Below, one piece after another: positions 20,567 to 29,222 of a stretch of 64,000 nt of DNA (positions are counted from its first letter, which is position 1; every line of letters starts with the position of its first letter). The stretch is from a virus. A program made the position numbers and the translations under genes. The stretch lies in the IMG/VR virus record IMGVR_UViG_3300008120_000139, positions 7,658 through 71,657 of that record, one strand, 5' to 3'. The notes beneath the pieces were generated by a model that ran no database searches, was not told where the DNA came from, and worked only from the letters and a program-made list of their open reading frames with translations.

Positions 20567-20879
20567 AGAATTAAAAAAATACCAAGCATTGTATTCAAAA
20601 TTTTTAGAAGAAGTAGTTAATTTACATAAAGTACATATACTTTTCTTAAAATTTTATGGTCGCAGAACCAAATTCGACATACATCGTATTAACAAGAGCA
20701 TAATTACGATACAAAAAGAATTACATAAAAGTAGCACTAGAGCGTATGACGAGCATCGTAATAATACTAAAGAAAAATTGGCTAATAAACGTTTAGAACG
20801 TGCTCACAGAAAAGCAAATCCGTTAAAGCGTGGTCCAAAGAAAAAGAATGACATGGGTACATCAGAATCAAACAGTTGA
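20556..20879 (+). CDS. Hypothetical basic helical protein
   Basis: 107-aa ORF overlapping both neighbours in the operon. Confidence 0.65.
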   Translation: MSDEELKKYQALYSKFLEEVVNLHKVHILFLKFYGRRTKFDIHRINKSIITIQKELHKSSTRAYDEHRNNTKEKLANKRLERAHRKANPLKRGPKKKNDMGTSESNS

Positions 20880-21276
20880 TACATTACCGGAAGATTGTGT
20901 AGGTTTTGTATATATCATTACGAATCTATCAACTGGCAAAAAATATATTGGCAAAAAATTAAGCAAATTTAGTAAAACGACCTACAAGACTGTAAAGTTA
21001 AAGAACGGCAACAAAAAACGTAAAAGAATCAAAAGCAAAATAGAATCAGACTGGCAAACTTATTATGGCTCAAACACACAATTAAACGAAGATGTAAAAC
21101 AATTAGGCACAGATAAGTTCAGTAGAGAAATATTATATTATTGCAAATCAAAAGCGGAGTGCTCTTATATAGAAGCAAAACTTCAATTTGAATACCGTGT
21201 ATTAGAATCAGACGATTATTACAACGGCCACATTCAAGTCCGCGTCCATGGCTCACACATAAAATCTAAAATTTAA
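20848..21276 (+). CDS. Small GIY-YIG family endonuclease
   Basis: GFVYIITNLSTGKKYIGKK (GIY-YIG variant), SDWQTYYGS, FSREIL, YYN; ATG at 20848 (MTWVHQ) preferred over GTG 20830. Confidence 0.8.
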   Translation: MTWVHQNQTVDTLPEDCVGFVYIITNLSTGKKYIGKKLSKFSKTTYKTVKLKNGNKKRKRIKSKIESDWQTYYGSNTQLNEDVKQLGTDKFSREILYYCKSKAECSYIEAKLQFEYRVLESDDYYNGHIQVRVHGSHIKSKI

Positions 21277-21284
21277 TCTAACAC

Positions 21285-21756
21285 TTAAGGTTGGCGGGCC
21301 AGTTTGTAATGCCGCTGTGGAAAACCCGGGGCAGAAACCGGACACGTAACATAGTGATGTACTCCCGTCGGTAGATCCGACTATCCTGAAAGATGGAAGT
21401 GAGTCTGAGAGCACGAACCCTTATGCTCGACACGTTGCTATAGTATGAATGTTAGCATACGAAAAACCGTGCTATAAAAACTTAAACACTAGGAACGAAG
21501 TTTAAGGCGCTTGTTAAGCGAGTCGATGTAGGTTGGGAAAGGTTAGAGCCCATTAGCAACACGGTAAAATACCTACTTCCAATGTCTTGGCTGGGTGCAA
21601 CTCACATGAAAAAGACTTGATGGAACCTGCAAAAGGTTCCGTCTGACCGAAACAATCTACATGAATATTAGTTTGCTTCGTGTTACTTCGCAAAAATTCA
21701 TAATAAAAAGTTGCTCTGAATCGAAGATGAAAGAGCAGGAGAGATACTCTCTCCTT
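21285..21756 (+). ncRNA. Candidate large structured non-coding RNA of unknown class
   Basis: ORF-free and visibly GC-richer than flanks; more than 12 complementary segment pairs, e.g. GATGGAACCT/AGGTTCCGTC (21619-43), CTTAAAC/GTTTAAG (21481-506), GTAGGT/ACCTAC (21528-33/21571-76), GTTGCTA/TAGCAAC (21434-40/21554-60). Strand inferred from G-U pairs and operon direction. Confidence 0.7.
21737..21756 (+). terminator. Hairpin closing the structured region, possible terminator or 3' end
   Basis: AGGAGAGA-tac-TCTCTCCT; U-tract weak. Confidence 0.4.
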
Positions 21757-21801
21757 AATCAGTTAAAATAAATAAATAAAATAAAACTTTTAGGACTTGC
21801 T

Positions 21802-24090
21802 ATGACTAAATTTGATACAACTATCTACAGATTCCCCTTACTAGAGTCAGTTTATAAAAATGCTAACCCAAGATTAGCACAAGATCTAGTAATAATGAGA
21901 GAGAATTTCTTAATTCCCTACTATCGTTATCTAGATAGTTTAACTAGATTTCATATCTTTGAGGGTAAACCTGTAGAAGATACAAATGCATTATTCACTG
22001 CAATTAAGAAAGAAATCGACGGCGGTACAGGAATCCATGGTAAAGCTAATTTAACATTTATTGGAAAAATTGTTGAGAAACTAATGCCCGCAGCTATGGC
22101 AGATAAGTTTTTCAAAGGTCTTCCAGATCCTGCAACAAGTCAACCAGTTCAAAATTACGATGCACAAGCACAAAAAGCAATTAGTGCAATGCCTCCTAAA
22201 GCCAAAGCTGATGCACAGCAACTAATTGCAGTCGGTAAGAAAAATGCCAAATTACAAGGTTATATTGTAGGTGCGTTGACTGTAGGATCACAAATTCTTG
22301 CTAAATTTGGAGGTACTTACGGTGCTTCAATGGGCATTCCTCCACAACTAACTGGTGCTGTCATTGGTGCAATTAGTGGTGGTTTAATTGCTGGAATTGC
22401 TGCTAAGATGTATGGCAAGCCTTGGGGTGAAGCATTTAAACAAGGTATCAAAGGTGCCCTAGCTGGCGGCGCGGCTGGTGCTTTAGGCGGATTATTAGGA
22501 GGCGGTGCAACAGGAAGTAGTGGAGGCGGTGCATCTCCTGACCCTGCCGCGTTTGATCAAGCAGATAATTTTGTACCAGATGAACCTTCAGGGTCTGCTC
22601 CGACACCTGCTGCTAGTACCGGCAGCGGTGCAGGAAGCAACACACCTCAAATTGCAGGTGGATCTGGCGGTACACCTGAATTAGGCCCGCCTAGTGCTAC
22701 TACACCTGATCCTGCTTTACAAGGTACAACTGATAATTCTCCTGATGCTGCTGCGGCCGATCAAGCACAAGCAGATAATTACACACCTAATGAACCTGCA
22801 GGAGCTGCACCTCAGATGACGGCACCTCAAGTAATGCAATCTGATTGGTTTAGTCAATTAAGTCCGGAAGCACAACAATGGATGGGCAGTGCTGATAAGA
22901 ATGATCCTTTTATCCTTCAAAGATTAATTCAAGCAATTCCTAATGCAGCAAGTGTTATACCACCTGAATTAATTAGTCAAGACGCTATGAATGCTGCAAG
23001 AGGTGCGGTAAATGCCGCAGGTGGGCCGAATGTTGAAGAAAGTCGAGAAATAAATGTTAATCGTTTAGTCGAGCAGGGTATTGTTGACGCCAATGCAACA
23101 ATATTAACTTATCGAATTGCAGAAGCAGTTGGTCGTACAAGACCTCGAAGTGTCCAGTTAACTAATGAAGGTATTGGTGATATGTTTAAAAAGGCAGGGT
23201 CTTGGTTAAAGACTAAAGCTCAAAATGCCACACAAACAGTAACTGTTGATAAATTAAATCAAGCTTGGATGAAAGCAGGAAGCCCAAGCGATAGCGATCA
23301 AATTGCAGATATACTAAAAGCATCTAAAGTACCTGATACTGTTATTGCTAAAGTATATGCAGATATGGGTCTGCCTGCACCAGGTGGTACAGGTGCAGCT
23401 CAAGGTGGCGCAGGTGCAGCTCAAGGTGGCGCAGGTGCAGCTCAAGGAGATGAGCTTGATCAAGTAAGAAAAAATGCAGGAATGGGTGCATTTGGGCAAA
23501 TGGCCGGACAATTAGCATCTGCACCTACTACATCTAGCACGGGTGGCACAACAACCGGTGTTTCTGGAGTAGGTTCCGGAGTTGTTAAACATACAGCAAA
23601 TCCAAATAATCCAAATATGAAAGCAGCAGCTACACCTACTAATACAAAAGAACCAAGTAGTGCGCCTTCCGGCGGAACAGATGCAATGCGTTCAATGATG
23701 AATTTATTAAGTCCGCAGCCACAAAAACAAGGAAATAGTGCACCAGCAGCTCAACCAGCAGCTCCTAAACAAGCAGGCGCAATTCCAAAACCATATTCTG
23801 TACCTGGAGCAGTTACTCCTACAAATGTAAAATTTTCCGGCATGGCTGCTGGAAAGCCTGCTGCTCAAGCACCTGCGGCGCAACAAGCAGCACCAGAAGC
23901 ACCTCAAAAGAAACACACTGGCGGTAAAGTAGCTGGACAAGTAAGTCAAACTCCTAATGCAATTCGAAAGAGAGATGCACGGGCACAAAAAGCTATAGCA
24001 GCTGATAGAGAACGTTTATTACCTGATTACGGTGGTGTAAAAGAAAGTACTACTAAATTTTACAGTAAGTTTTTAGGAATAGAAATTTAA
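21802..24090 (+). CDS. Ala/Gly/Pro-rich low-complexity protein with glycine-zipper segments; possible internal virion protein
   Basis: 762-aa ORF with TAAATA motifs (21769-78) and AGGA SD upstream; GAVIGAISGGLIAG and GALAGGAAGALGGLLGGG segments. Confidence 0.7.
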   Translation: MTKFDTTIYRFPLLESVYKNANPRLAQDLVIMRENFLIPYYRYLDSLTRFHIFEGKPVEDTNALFTAIKKEIDGGTGIHGKANLTFIGKIVEKLMPAAMADKFFKGLPDPATSQPVQNYDAQAQKAISAMPPKAKADAQQLIAVGKKNAKLQGYIVGALTVGSQILAKFGGTYGASMGIPPQLTGAVIGAISGGLIAGIAAKMYGKPWGEAFKQGIKGALAGGAAGALGGLLGGGATGSSGGGASPDPAAFDQADNFVPDEPSGSAPTPAASTGSGAGSNTPQIAGGSGGTPELGPPSATTPDPALQGTTDNSPDAAAADQAQADNYTPNEPAGAAPQMTAPQVMQSDWFSQLSPEAQQWMGSADKNDPFILQRLIQAIPNAASVIPPELISQDAMNAARGAVNAAGGPNVEESREINVNRLVEQGIVDANATILTYRIAEAVGRTRPRSVQLTNEGIGDMFKKAGSWLKTKAQNATQTVTVDKLNQAWMKAGSPSDSDQIADILKASKVPDTVIAKVYADMGLPAPGGTGAAQGGAGAAQGGAGAAQGDELDQVRKNAGMGAFGQMAGQLASAPTTSSTGGTTTGVSGVGSGVVKHTANPNNPNMKAAATPTNTKEPSSAPSGGTDAMRSMMNLLSPQPQKQGNSAPAAQPAAPKQAGAIPKPYSVPGAVTPTNVKFSGMAAGKPAAQAPAAQQAAPEAPQKKHTGGKVAGQVSQTPNAIRKRDARAQKAIAADRERLLPDYGGVKESTTKFYSKFLGIEI
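23390..23447 (+). repeat. 21-bp in-frame tandem repeat, ~2.8 copies (GAAQGGA)
   Basis: caggtgcagctcaaggtggcg at 23390 and 23411, partial copy at 23432. Confidence 0.9.
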
Positions 24091-24323
24091 AAGAAAGGCA
24101 TTTGAGTCTTTTTTGTTGTTTCTAAATTATCGTCAATTATTTTGCCCATAATTTCTCTATCTTCAGGGCTTAACAAGTATGATTCTGTTACTGTTAAGCC
24201 TCCTCTCATGAACCAACAAAGTCTAAACAAATCGTCTTTAATGGCTTTTGTATCTTTCTCAAACTCTTTTACAAGATTGGTAATACCTTCAATATCGAGA
24301 TACAAAAGCCTTAGGCGAAAAAA
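24087..24323 (-). CDS. -1 frame extension of the upstream chaperone-like gene (ORF track 24087-24305 uses a TTG start)
   Basis: No ATG start; the frame is open from the slippery run: TTT TTT CGC CTA AGG CTT TTG TAT CTC, continuing to LCWFMRGGLT...MPFF. Confidence 0.65.
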   Translation of the reverse strand, partial: FFRLRLLYLDIEGITNLVKEFEKDTKAIKDDLFRLCWFMRGGLTVTESYLLSPEDREIMGKIIDDNLETTKKTQMPFF

Positions 24324-25177
24324 GTTGAAGGATCAAACACTAAAGGAATTTCTATAAAGTCTTCAGTATATCCTTGTTCTTTTAACTCATCTGTAACAGC
24401 TATACGTATTGGTTTTATTGAATTTATTTCTCGCAATTTATCAAGGTGTTTTTGAACTTTATCAAATACTTCTTTATCAGCATTATCAATAAATTCTTTT
24501 ATATGAGTTAAATCTTCAGTACTGCCGATAGGTGTATCAATTCTAAAAATACTTGATTGAACAACACCTATAGTTACGGCTGTTAACTTTTGAAAACTTT
24601 CTTTAAAAATTGAAACTTTATCAGCTTCGCTTATATTTTCATTATTAACGGCATCTATTATTTTTTGTGTTTCAAATGTTTTAACAGCACCTTCGCTTAT
24701 TGTTTTATAATTTAAAGGTTTTACAAAAACTGTTATGTCGTTGTTAATAGGAACAGCAGTATCCCAAGATATTGAACTTAATAATGTATCCATAACTTGT
24801 CTAAGATCAACTGCGTAATCAACTTCTTGATCACCTAGTTTAATAGGAGATACCATTTTTTCGCCATATGTAGCTAATCTAATAGAAATTAAGATAACAT
24901 CTAAATCGATAGACGGTATTTCCCAAGCATTTTTAATGTTTGGAATACAATGCTGTATAACATCGACAACTGCTTGTCCAGTGATTAATGCGTCGGGGAC
25001 TTTCAACATAAGCTCATCTTTTGCAGTCATAGAATAAACTGGATAATCTCCTGTTTCGGAAATTATTAAACTGCCCGGGGCCCAAAATTGTCCATTGCTA
25101 GGCAATTTAATATAAATTTTTGGTTGCCTCATAAATGAAGCTAAGGGATTTACAGCAGCTGAAGGTTGGTTAACCAT
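24311..25177 (-). CDS. Baseplate hub/tail assembly chaperone, gp26-like
   Basis: RQPKIYIKLPS...YSMTAKDELMLK...DLDVILISIRLATYG resembles T4 gp26-type proteins; ends DPSTFFA at a slippery heptamer; GGAG SD. Confidence 0.7.
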   Translation of the reverse strand: MVNQPSAAVNPLASFMRQPKIYIKLPSNGQFWAPGSLIISETGDYPVYSMTAKDELMLKVPDALITGQAVVDVIQHCIPNIKNAWEIPSIDLDVILISIRLATYGEKMVSPIKLGDQEVDYAVDLRQVMDTLLSSISWDTAVPINNDITVFVKPLNYKTISEGAVKTFETQKIIDAVNNENISEADKVSIFKESFQKLTAVTIGVVQSSIFRIDTPIGSTEDLTHIKEFIDNADKEVFDKVQKHLDKLREINSIKPIRIAVTDELKEQGYTEDFIEIPLVFDPSTFFA

Positions 25178-25191
25178 ATTTTGATCTCCGA

Positions 25192-25237
25192 TAAATAAAA
25201 GAATAACTTAGGATAGTGTATTTATCTACGTAGATAA
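25192..25237. promoter_or_regulatory. Face-to-face late promoter motifs plus a perfect 16-bp palindrome
   Basis: TAAATA on + at 25192-97 and on - at 25219-24; TTATCTACGTAGATAA at 25222-37. Confidence 0.55.
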
Positions 25238-25250
25238 CTAGCAAAAAACA

Positions 25251-26948
25251 ATGGCTGAAGTATTTGGACAAATTGGTAATCAACCAGTACAACTTAATAA
25301 TGCTGCGACTGAAACAACTTTAAGACAGTTAGTAGAAGCTGTTCAGCAACTTGCTGGGTCTGGTGCTGCTACTCGAACAGCAAAAATTGCCAACGATGCT
25401 ATTTCAAATATAAATGCTGCCGGTGAATCTCTTGGAACTGTAGCAGAATCAGCAGATGATGCTGCTAAAGCTACATTAACATTTGAACAAAGATTACAAA
25501 AAGCCAATAATGCAAGTGATCTTTTAAGAACATCGTTTGAAAATTTAGAAAAACAATTTGGTTCTTTTATTTCAAAATTAGCTCAAGGTACAGCTAATGC
25601 TAGTGATTTGTACGGATCTTTTACGCATTTAAAGGGAGTAGTAGGATTAACTGCTGTAGTATTTCAAAAAGTTGCAGCATTTCAAGAAGAAAATTTAAAA
25701 ACATATCAAGATCTTAGTTCAGCTGGTGTAAATTTTGGTGGTAGCTTAACACAGATGCGTATGGCGGCACAAAATAGCTATATGTCATTAACTGAATTTT
25801 CAAACTTAATGAAAAATAACGGTGAAGCTTTTTCTAGAATGGGCGGTACTGTTAATCAAGGTGCAATGGCTTTTACAAAGTTAAGCAACAGTTTATTAAA
25901 AAGTGAAGCAGGTGATGAATTAAGAGCATTAGGTTATACTACAGCACAAGTAAATCAAGGCATGTTAAATTATATAAACATGACCGGTGGTAGAACAAAA
26001 GAAGAATTAAAAAATACTAAAGATATTACTGCCGCTAGTGTGGAATATCTAACACAATTAGATGGTCTAGCTCAACTTACTGGTAAATCGAGAGAACAAC
26101 AAGAACAAGCATTAAAAGAAGCTAATCAAAATGCTGCCATACAGCAAAAAATGGCCGGCATGGATGAAAAGCAAAAAGCAGCCTATCTTAAAGGGCTTGC
26201 TGAAATGGAAGGAAAATTTGGTAAAGCTGGTAGAGAAATGTACCAAGCACAGGTTTTAGGAATTCCTCCAATGACCGAAGCTGCTAAAAATTTAACAGCA
26301 TTAGCACCTGAAGTTGCACGAGCAAGTCAAGGTATGGCAGATGTTGCAGCTAGAGGTGGTACTGCGGCCGAAACGATGAAACATTCTGCCGAAGCAACAG
26401 AAGGTGCTGTTAAAGCTTCTGGAAGATTTACTAATGTTGCAGGTGCTTTGAGTATGCAAGGCGGCGGAGTATCTGAATCATTGATGGGGTTAATGAAAAC
26501 ATCAAATCAAGCGATACAACAGGGTAGAACTAGCGCAAACGCAGAATTAGCAGAAAGAGCAAAAATATTAGAAGAAGAAAAGAAACGTAAAGAGTCAGAA
26601 GCCAAATCAGCAGTCGAAGCACAAAAAGCAATTCAAGAAATGGGCCAAGCATTAATGGCTATTTTATTACCTGCTATAAAAATATTAACTCCTATTGTTA
26701 ATGCTTTAACAAGCGTGTTAGGGTTTGTTGTTAAAAAATTCGGAGAATTAGAAAGTGTTGGTACTGCTCTAGTAGCAATGTTAATAGCATATTTGGCTTA
26801 TCAAAAAATACGTAATGCCAAAGCTGCTGCCGATGAGGCAAAAGAAAAAGTTAAAGCTCTTACAGAAAAAGCCGGTGTTACTAGTGTCACTGGATTAGGA
26901 CGTTTAGGTACATATAGTAATGCTATGTATGATATTGTAATTTCCTAA
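25251..26948 (+). CDS. Tape-measure-like protein, N-terminal part
   Basis: Ala/Gln/Lys-rich helical 565-aa ORF with a hydrophobic stretch near its end; next to the chaperone pair. Confidence 0.6.
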   Translation: MAEVFGQIGNQPVQLNNAATETTLRQLVEAVQQLAGSGAATRTAKIANDAISNINAAGESLGTVAESADDAAKATLTFEQRLQKANNASDLLRTSFENLEKQFGSFISKLAQGTANASDLYGSFTHLKGVVGLTAVVFQKVAAFQEENLKTYQDLSSAGVNFGGSLTQMRMAAQNSYMSLTEFSNLMKNNGEAFSRMGGTVNQGAMAFTKLSNSLLKSEAGDELRALGYTTAQVNQGMLNYINMTGGRTKEELKNTKDITAASVEYLTQLDGLAQLTGKSREQQEQALKEANQNAAIQQKMAGMDEKQKAAYLKGLAEMEGKFGKAGREMYQAQVLGIPPMTEAAKNLTALAPEVARASQGMADVAARGGTAAETMKHSAEATEGAVKASGRFTNVAGALSMQGGGVSESLMGLMKTSNQAIQQGRTSANAELAERAKILEEEKKRKESEAKSAVEAQKAIQEMGQALMAILLPAIKILTPIVNALTSVLGFVVKKFGELESVGTALVAMLIAYLAYQKIRNAKAAADEAKEKVKALTEKAGVTSVTGLGRLGTYSNAMYDIVIS

Positions 26949-26949
26949 A

Positions 26950-27471
26950 ATGGGAGCAATGGCAAAAGGAATTACTGGAGGCGTAGGTGGAATTTTAGGC
27001 GGATTTGCTTTAGATGCTGCATCTAAAAAATTAGAAGAGTCTGGAAATGAAAAAGCAGCCGCAGGCGTTGGTGTTGCAAGTGATGTTGCTACTTATGCAG
27101 GTATGGGAGCAACATTAGGTAGTGTAGTTCCTGGATTAGGTACAGCAGCTGGCGCTATTATAGGTGGTATCGGTGGTGGTGCGTATAGTTTATATAAAAA
27201 TTGGGGTAAACTTACCGGAGAAAAACCTGAAGAAGAAAAGCCTAAAATGGCAGATGGCGGTGTTGTAACTAAACCTACAGAAGTGTTAGCAGGTGAAGCA
27301 GGTCCAGAAGCAATTATACCATTGAAGCAATTTGAAAGTTTAAGAGTCGAGCTAGAAATGTTAAATAAGCAATCAGCAGAAATGATTAAGTATCTAAAAG
27401 AAACCGCAGATTATACTAAACGTAATGTTGATGCAACCAAATCTCTAAACGGAGATTTATTTAAATTTTAA
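26950..27471 (+). CDS. Tape-measure-like protein, C-terminal part
   Basis: Glycine zipper (GATLGSVVPGLGTAAGAIIGGIGG) and MADGGVVTKPT...GEAGPEAIIPL motif typical of tape-measure C-termini. Confidence 0.6.
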   Translation: MGAMAKGITGGVGGILGGFALDAASKKLEESGNEKAAAGVGVASDVATYAGMGATLGSVVPGLGTAAGAIIGGIGGGAYSLYKNWGKLTGEKPEEEKPKMADGGVVTKPTEVLAGEAGPEAIIPLKQFESLRVELEMLNKQSAEMIKYLKETADYTKRNVDATKSLNGDLFKF

Positions 27472-27474
27472 ATT

Positions 27475-29214
27475 ATGTCTTGGAAAAAGTACTTCACTTT
27501 AGTTGATACATCAGGTGCATTAAGTCCTGTTAACGGATCTATGGGTTTATCCAGAGTCGGATCTGATGCCAATCCTACCCATAGAAATTACGCTAGCTAT
27601 TTGCCGGATGTTTATTCCGGGCATCCTAATCGTCTTGAGCGTTACGGGCAATATGATACCATGGATAGTGATAGTGAAGTAAATGCTGCTTTAGATATTT
27701 TAGCTGAATTTTGTACACAAGAAAATGAAGAAAACGGAACACCGTTTCAAGTATTTTTTAAAGAACAAGCTACTAGTACAGAAATAAAAATTATTAAAAA
27801 GTTCTTACAACAATGGACAAAGTTGAATAAATTTCATACAAGAATGTTCAAAGTTGTTCGTAATACTTTTAAGTATGGCGATGTATTTTTTGTAAGAGAT
27901 CCTGAAACTCAAGAGTGGTTGTATGTTGATCCTACCAAAGTTGATAAAATTATTGTCAACGAGTCGGAAGGTAAAAAGCCTGAACAATATATTATTCGCG
28001 ACTGGAATCCAAATTTAGAAACATTAGCTACAACTCAAATCAACCCTAGCAATGTAACAGGTGGTGGCAGTCAATATGCTAGCGGATATGCAGGAAACAA
28101 TGCCGGTGTAGGAATGAGTAGAGGTATGACAGGTTCATACCCTAGTAATATTACAGGAAATAGATTTCAGCGTACAGAAAATCAATATGCTATAGATGCA
28201 AAACATGTAATTCATTTAAGTTTAAGTGAAGGTTTAGATAACAATTTTCCATTTGGAACAAGTTTATTAGAAAGCATTTTTAAAGTTTACAAACAAAAAG
28301 AGTTACTTGAAGATGCTATTATTATCTATCGTATTCAACGTGCGCCAGAACGTCGTGTGTTCTATATTGATGTAGGTAATATGCCTAGTCACTTAGCTAT
28401 GAGTTTCGTTGAGCGTGTAAAAAATGAAGTTAATCAAAGACGTATTCCTAGTGTTACCGGTGGTAGTCAAACGGTAATTGATGCAGGATATAATCCGTTG
28501 AGTATTAATGAAGACTATTTCTTTCCGCAAACTGCTGAAGGTAGAGGAAGTAAAGTCGAAGTATTGCCTGGCGGCACTAACTTAGGAGAAATTGATGATC
28601 TTAAGTATTTTACTAATAAGTTGTTTAGGGCTTTACGTATCCCTAGCAGTTATCTCCCTACTGGACCTGACGACGGAGGAAGCAACTTTAATGATGGTCG
28701 AGTTGGAACAGCATACATTCAAGAACTTAGATTTAACAAGTACTGCGAGCGTCTACAATCAATCTTAAATGAGCATTTTGATGTTGAATTTAAAGCATAC
28801 TTGCACAATAAAGGTATTAATATTGATGGTAATATATTTGATGTAAAATTTAATCCTCCTCAGAATTTTGCTGCTTACCGTCAAAGTGAAATGGATACTG
28901 CTAGAGTTGCGACATTTGGTCAAGTAGTTCAAGTTCCGTTTATTAGTAAACGTTTTGCATTAAAACGATTCTTAGGATTAAGTGCAGAAGAAGTTGCAGA
29001 GAATGAAACAATGTGGCGTGAAGAAAATATCGATGAAGATACTGAATTAAGTGCAAGTGCAGAATTGCGTGGTGCAGGAATTACTGCAAACGGCATGACT
29101 TCAGATATGGGAGCAATTGGCGGAGCAACAACACCACCGACACCTCCTGCAGGCCAAGAACAAGCTGGAGGTGCTTCAGGTGGTGCACCTGCAGAGACAG
29201 CACCTCCAGCATAA
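27475..29214 (+). CDS. gp20: Portal vertex protein
   Basis: LLEDAIIIYRIQRAPERRVFYIDVGNMP, EDYFFPQ...GRGSKVEVLPGG, LFRALRIPSSYL. Confidence 0.95.
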   Translation: MSWKKYFTLVDTSGALSPVNGSMGLSRVGSDANPTHRNYASYLPDVYSGHPNRLERYGQYDTMDSDSEVNAALDILAEFCTQENEENGTPFQVFFKEQATSTEIKIIKKFLQQWTKLNKFHTRMFKVVRNTFKYGDVFFVRDPETQEWLYVDPTKVDKIIVNESEGKKPEQYIIRDWNPNLETLATTQINPSNVTGGGSQYASGYAGNNAGVGMSRGMTGSYPSNITGNRFQRTENQYAIDAKHVIHLSLSEGLDNNFPFGTSLLESIFKVYKQKELLEDAIIIYRIQRAPERRVFYIDVGNMPSHLAMSFVERVKNEVNQRRIPSVTGGSQTVIDAGYNPLSINEDYFFPQTAEGRGSKVEVLPGGTNLGEIDDLKYFTNKLFRALRIPSSYLPTGPDDGGSNFNDGRVGTAYIQELRFNKYCERLQSILNEHFDVEFKAYLHNKGINIDGNIFDVKFNPPQNFAAYRQSEMDTARVATFGQVVQVPFISKRFALKRFLGLSAEEVAENETMWREENIDEDTELSASAELRGAGITANGMTSDMGAIGGATTPPTPPAGQEQAGGASGGAPAETAPPA

Positions 29215-29222
29215 ATATTATT

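Noticed and set aside
21285-21756. RNase P RNA, tmRNA, tRNA, or group I/II intron identity for the structured region
   Set aside because: No GAGGAAAGUCC-type RNase P core, no tRNA-like ends, no recognisable group I P7 or group II domain V motifs, and the flanking genes do not look interrupted. Checked by eye only.
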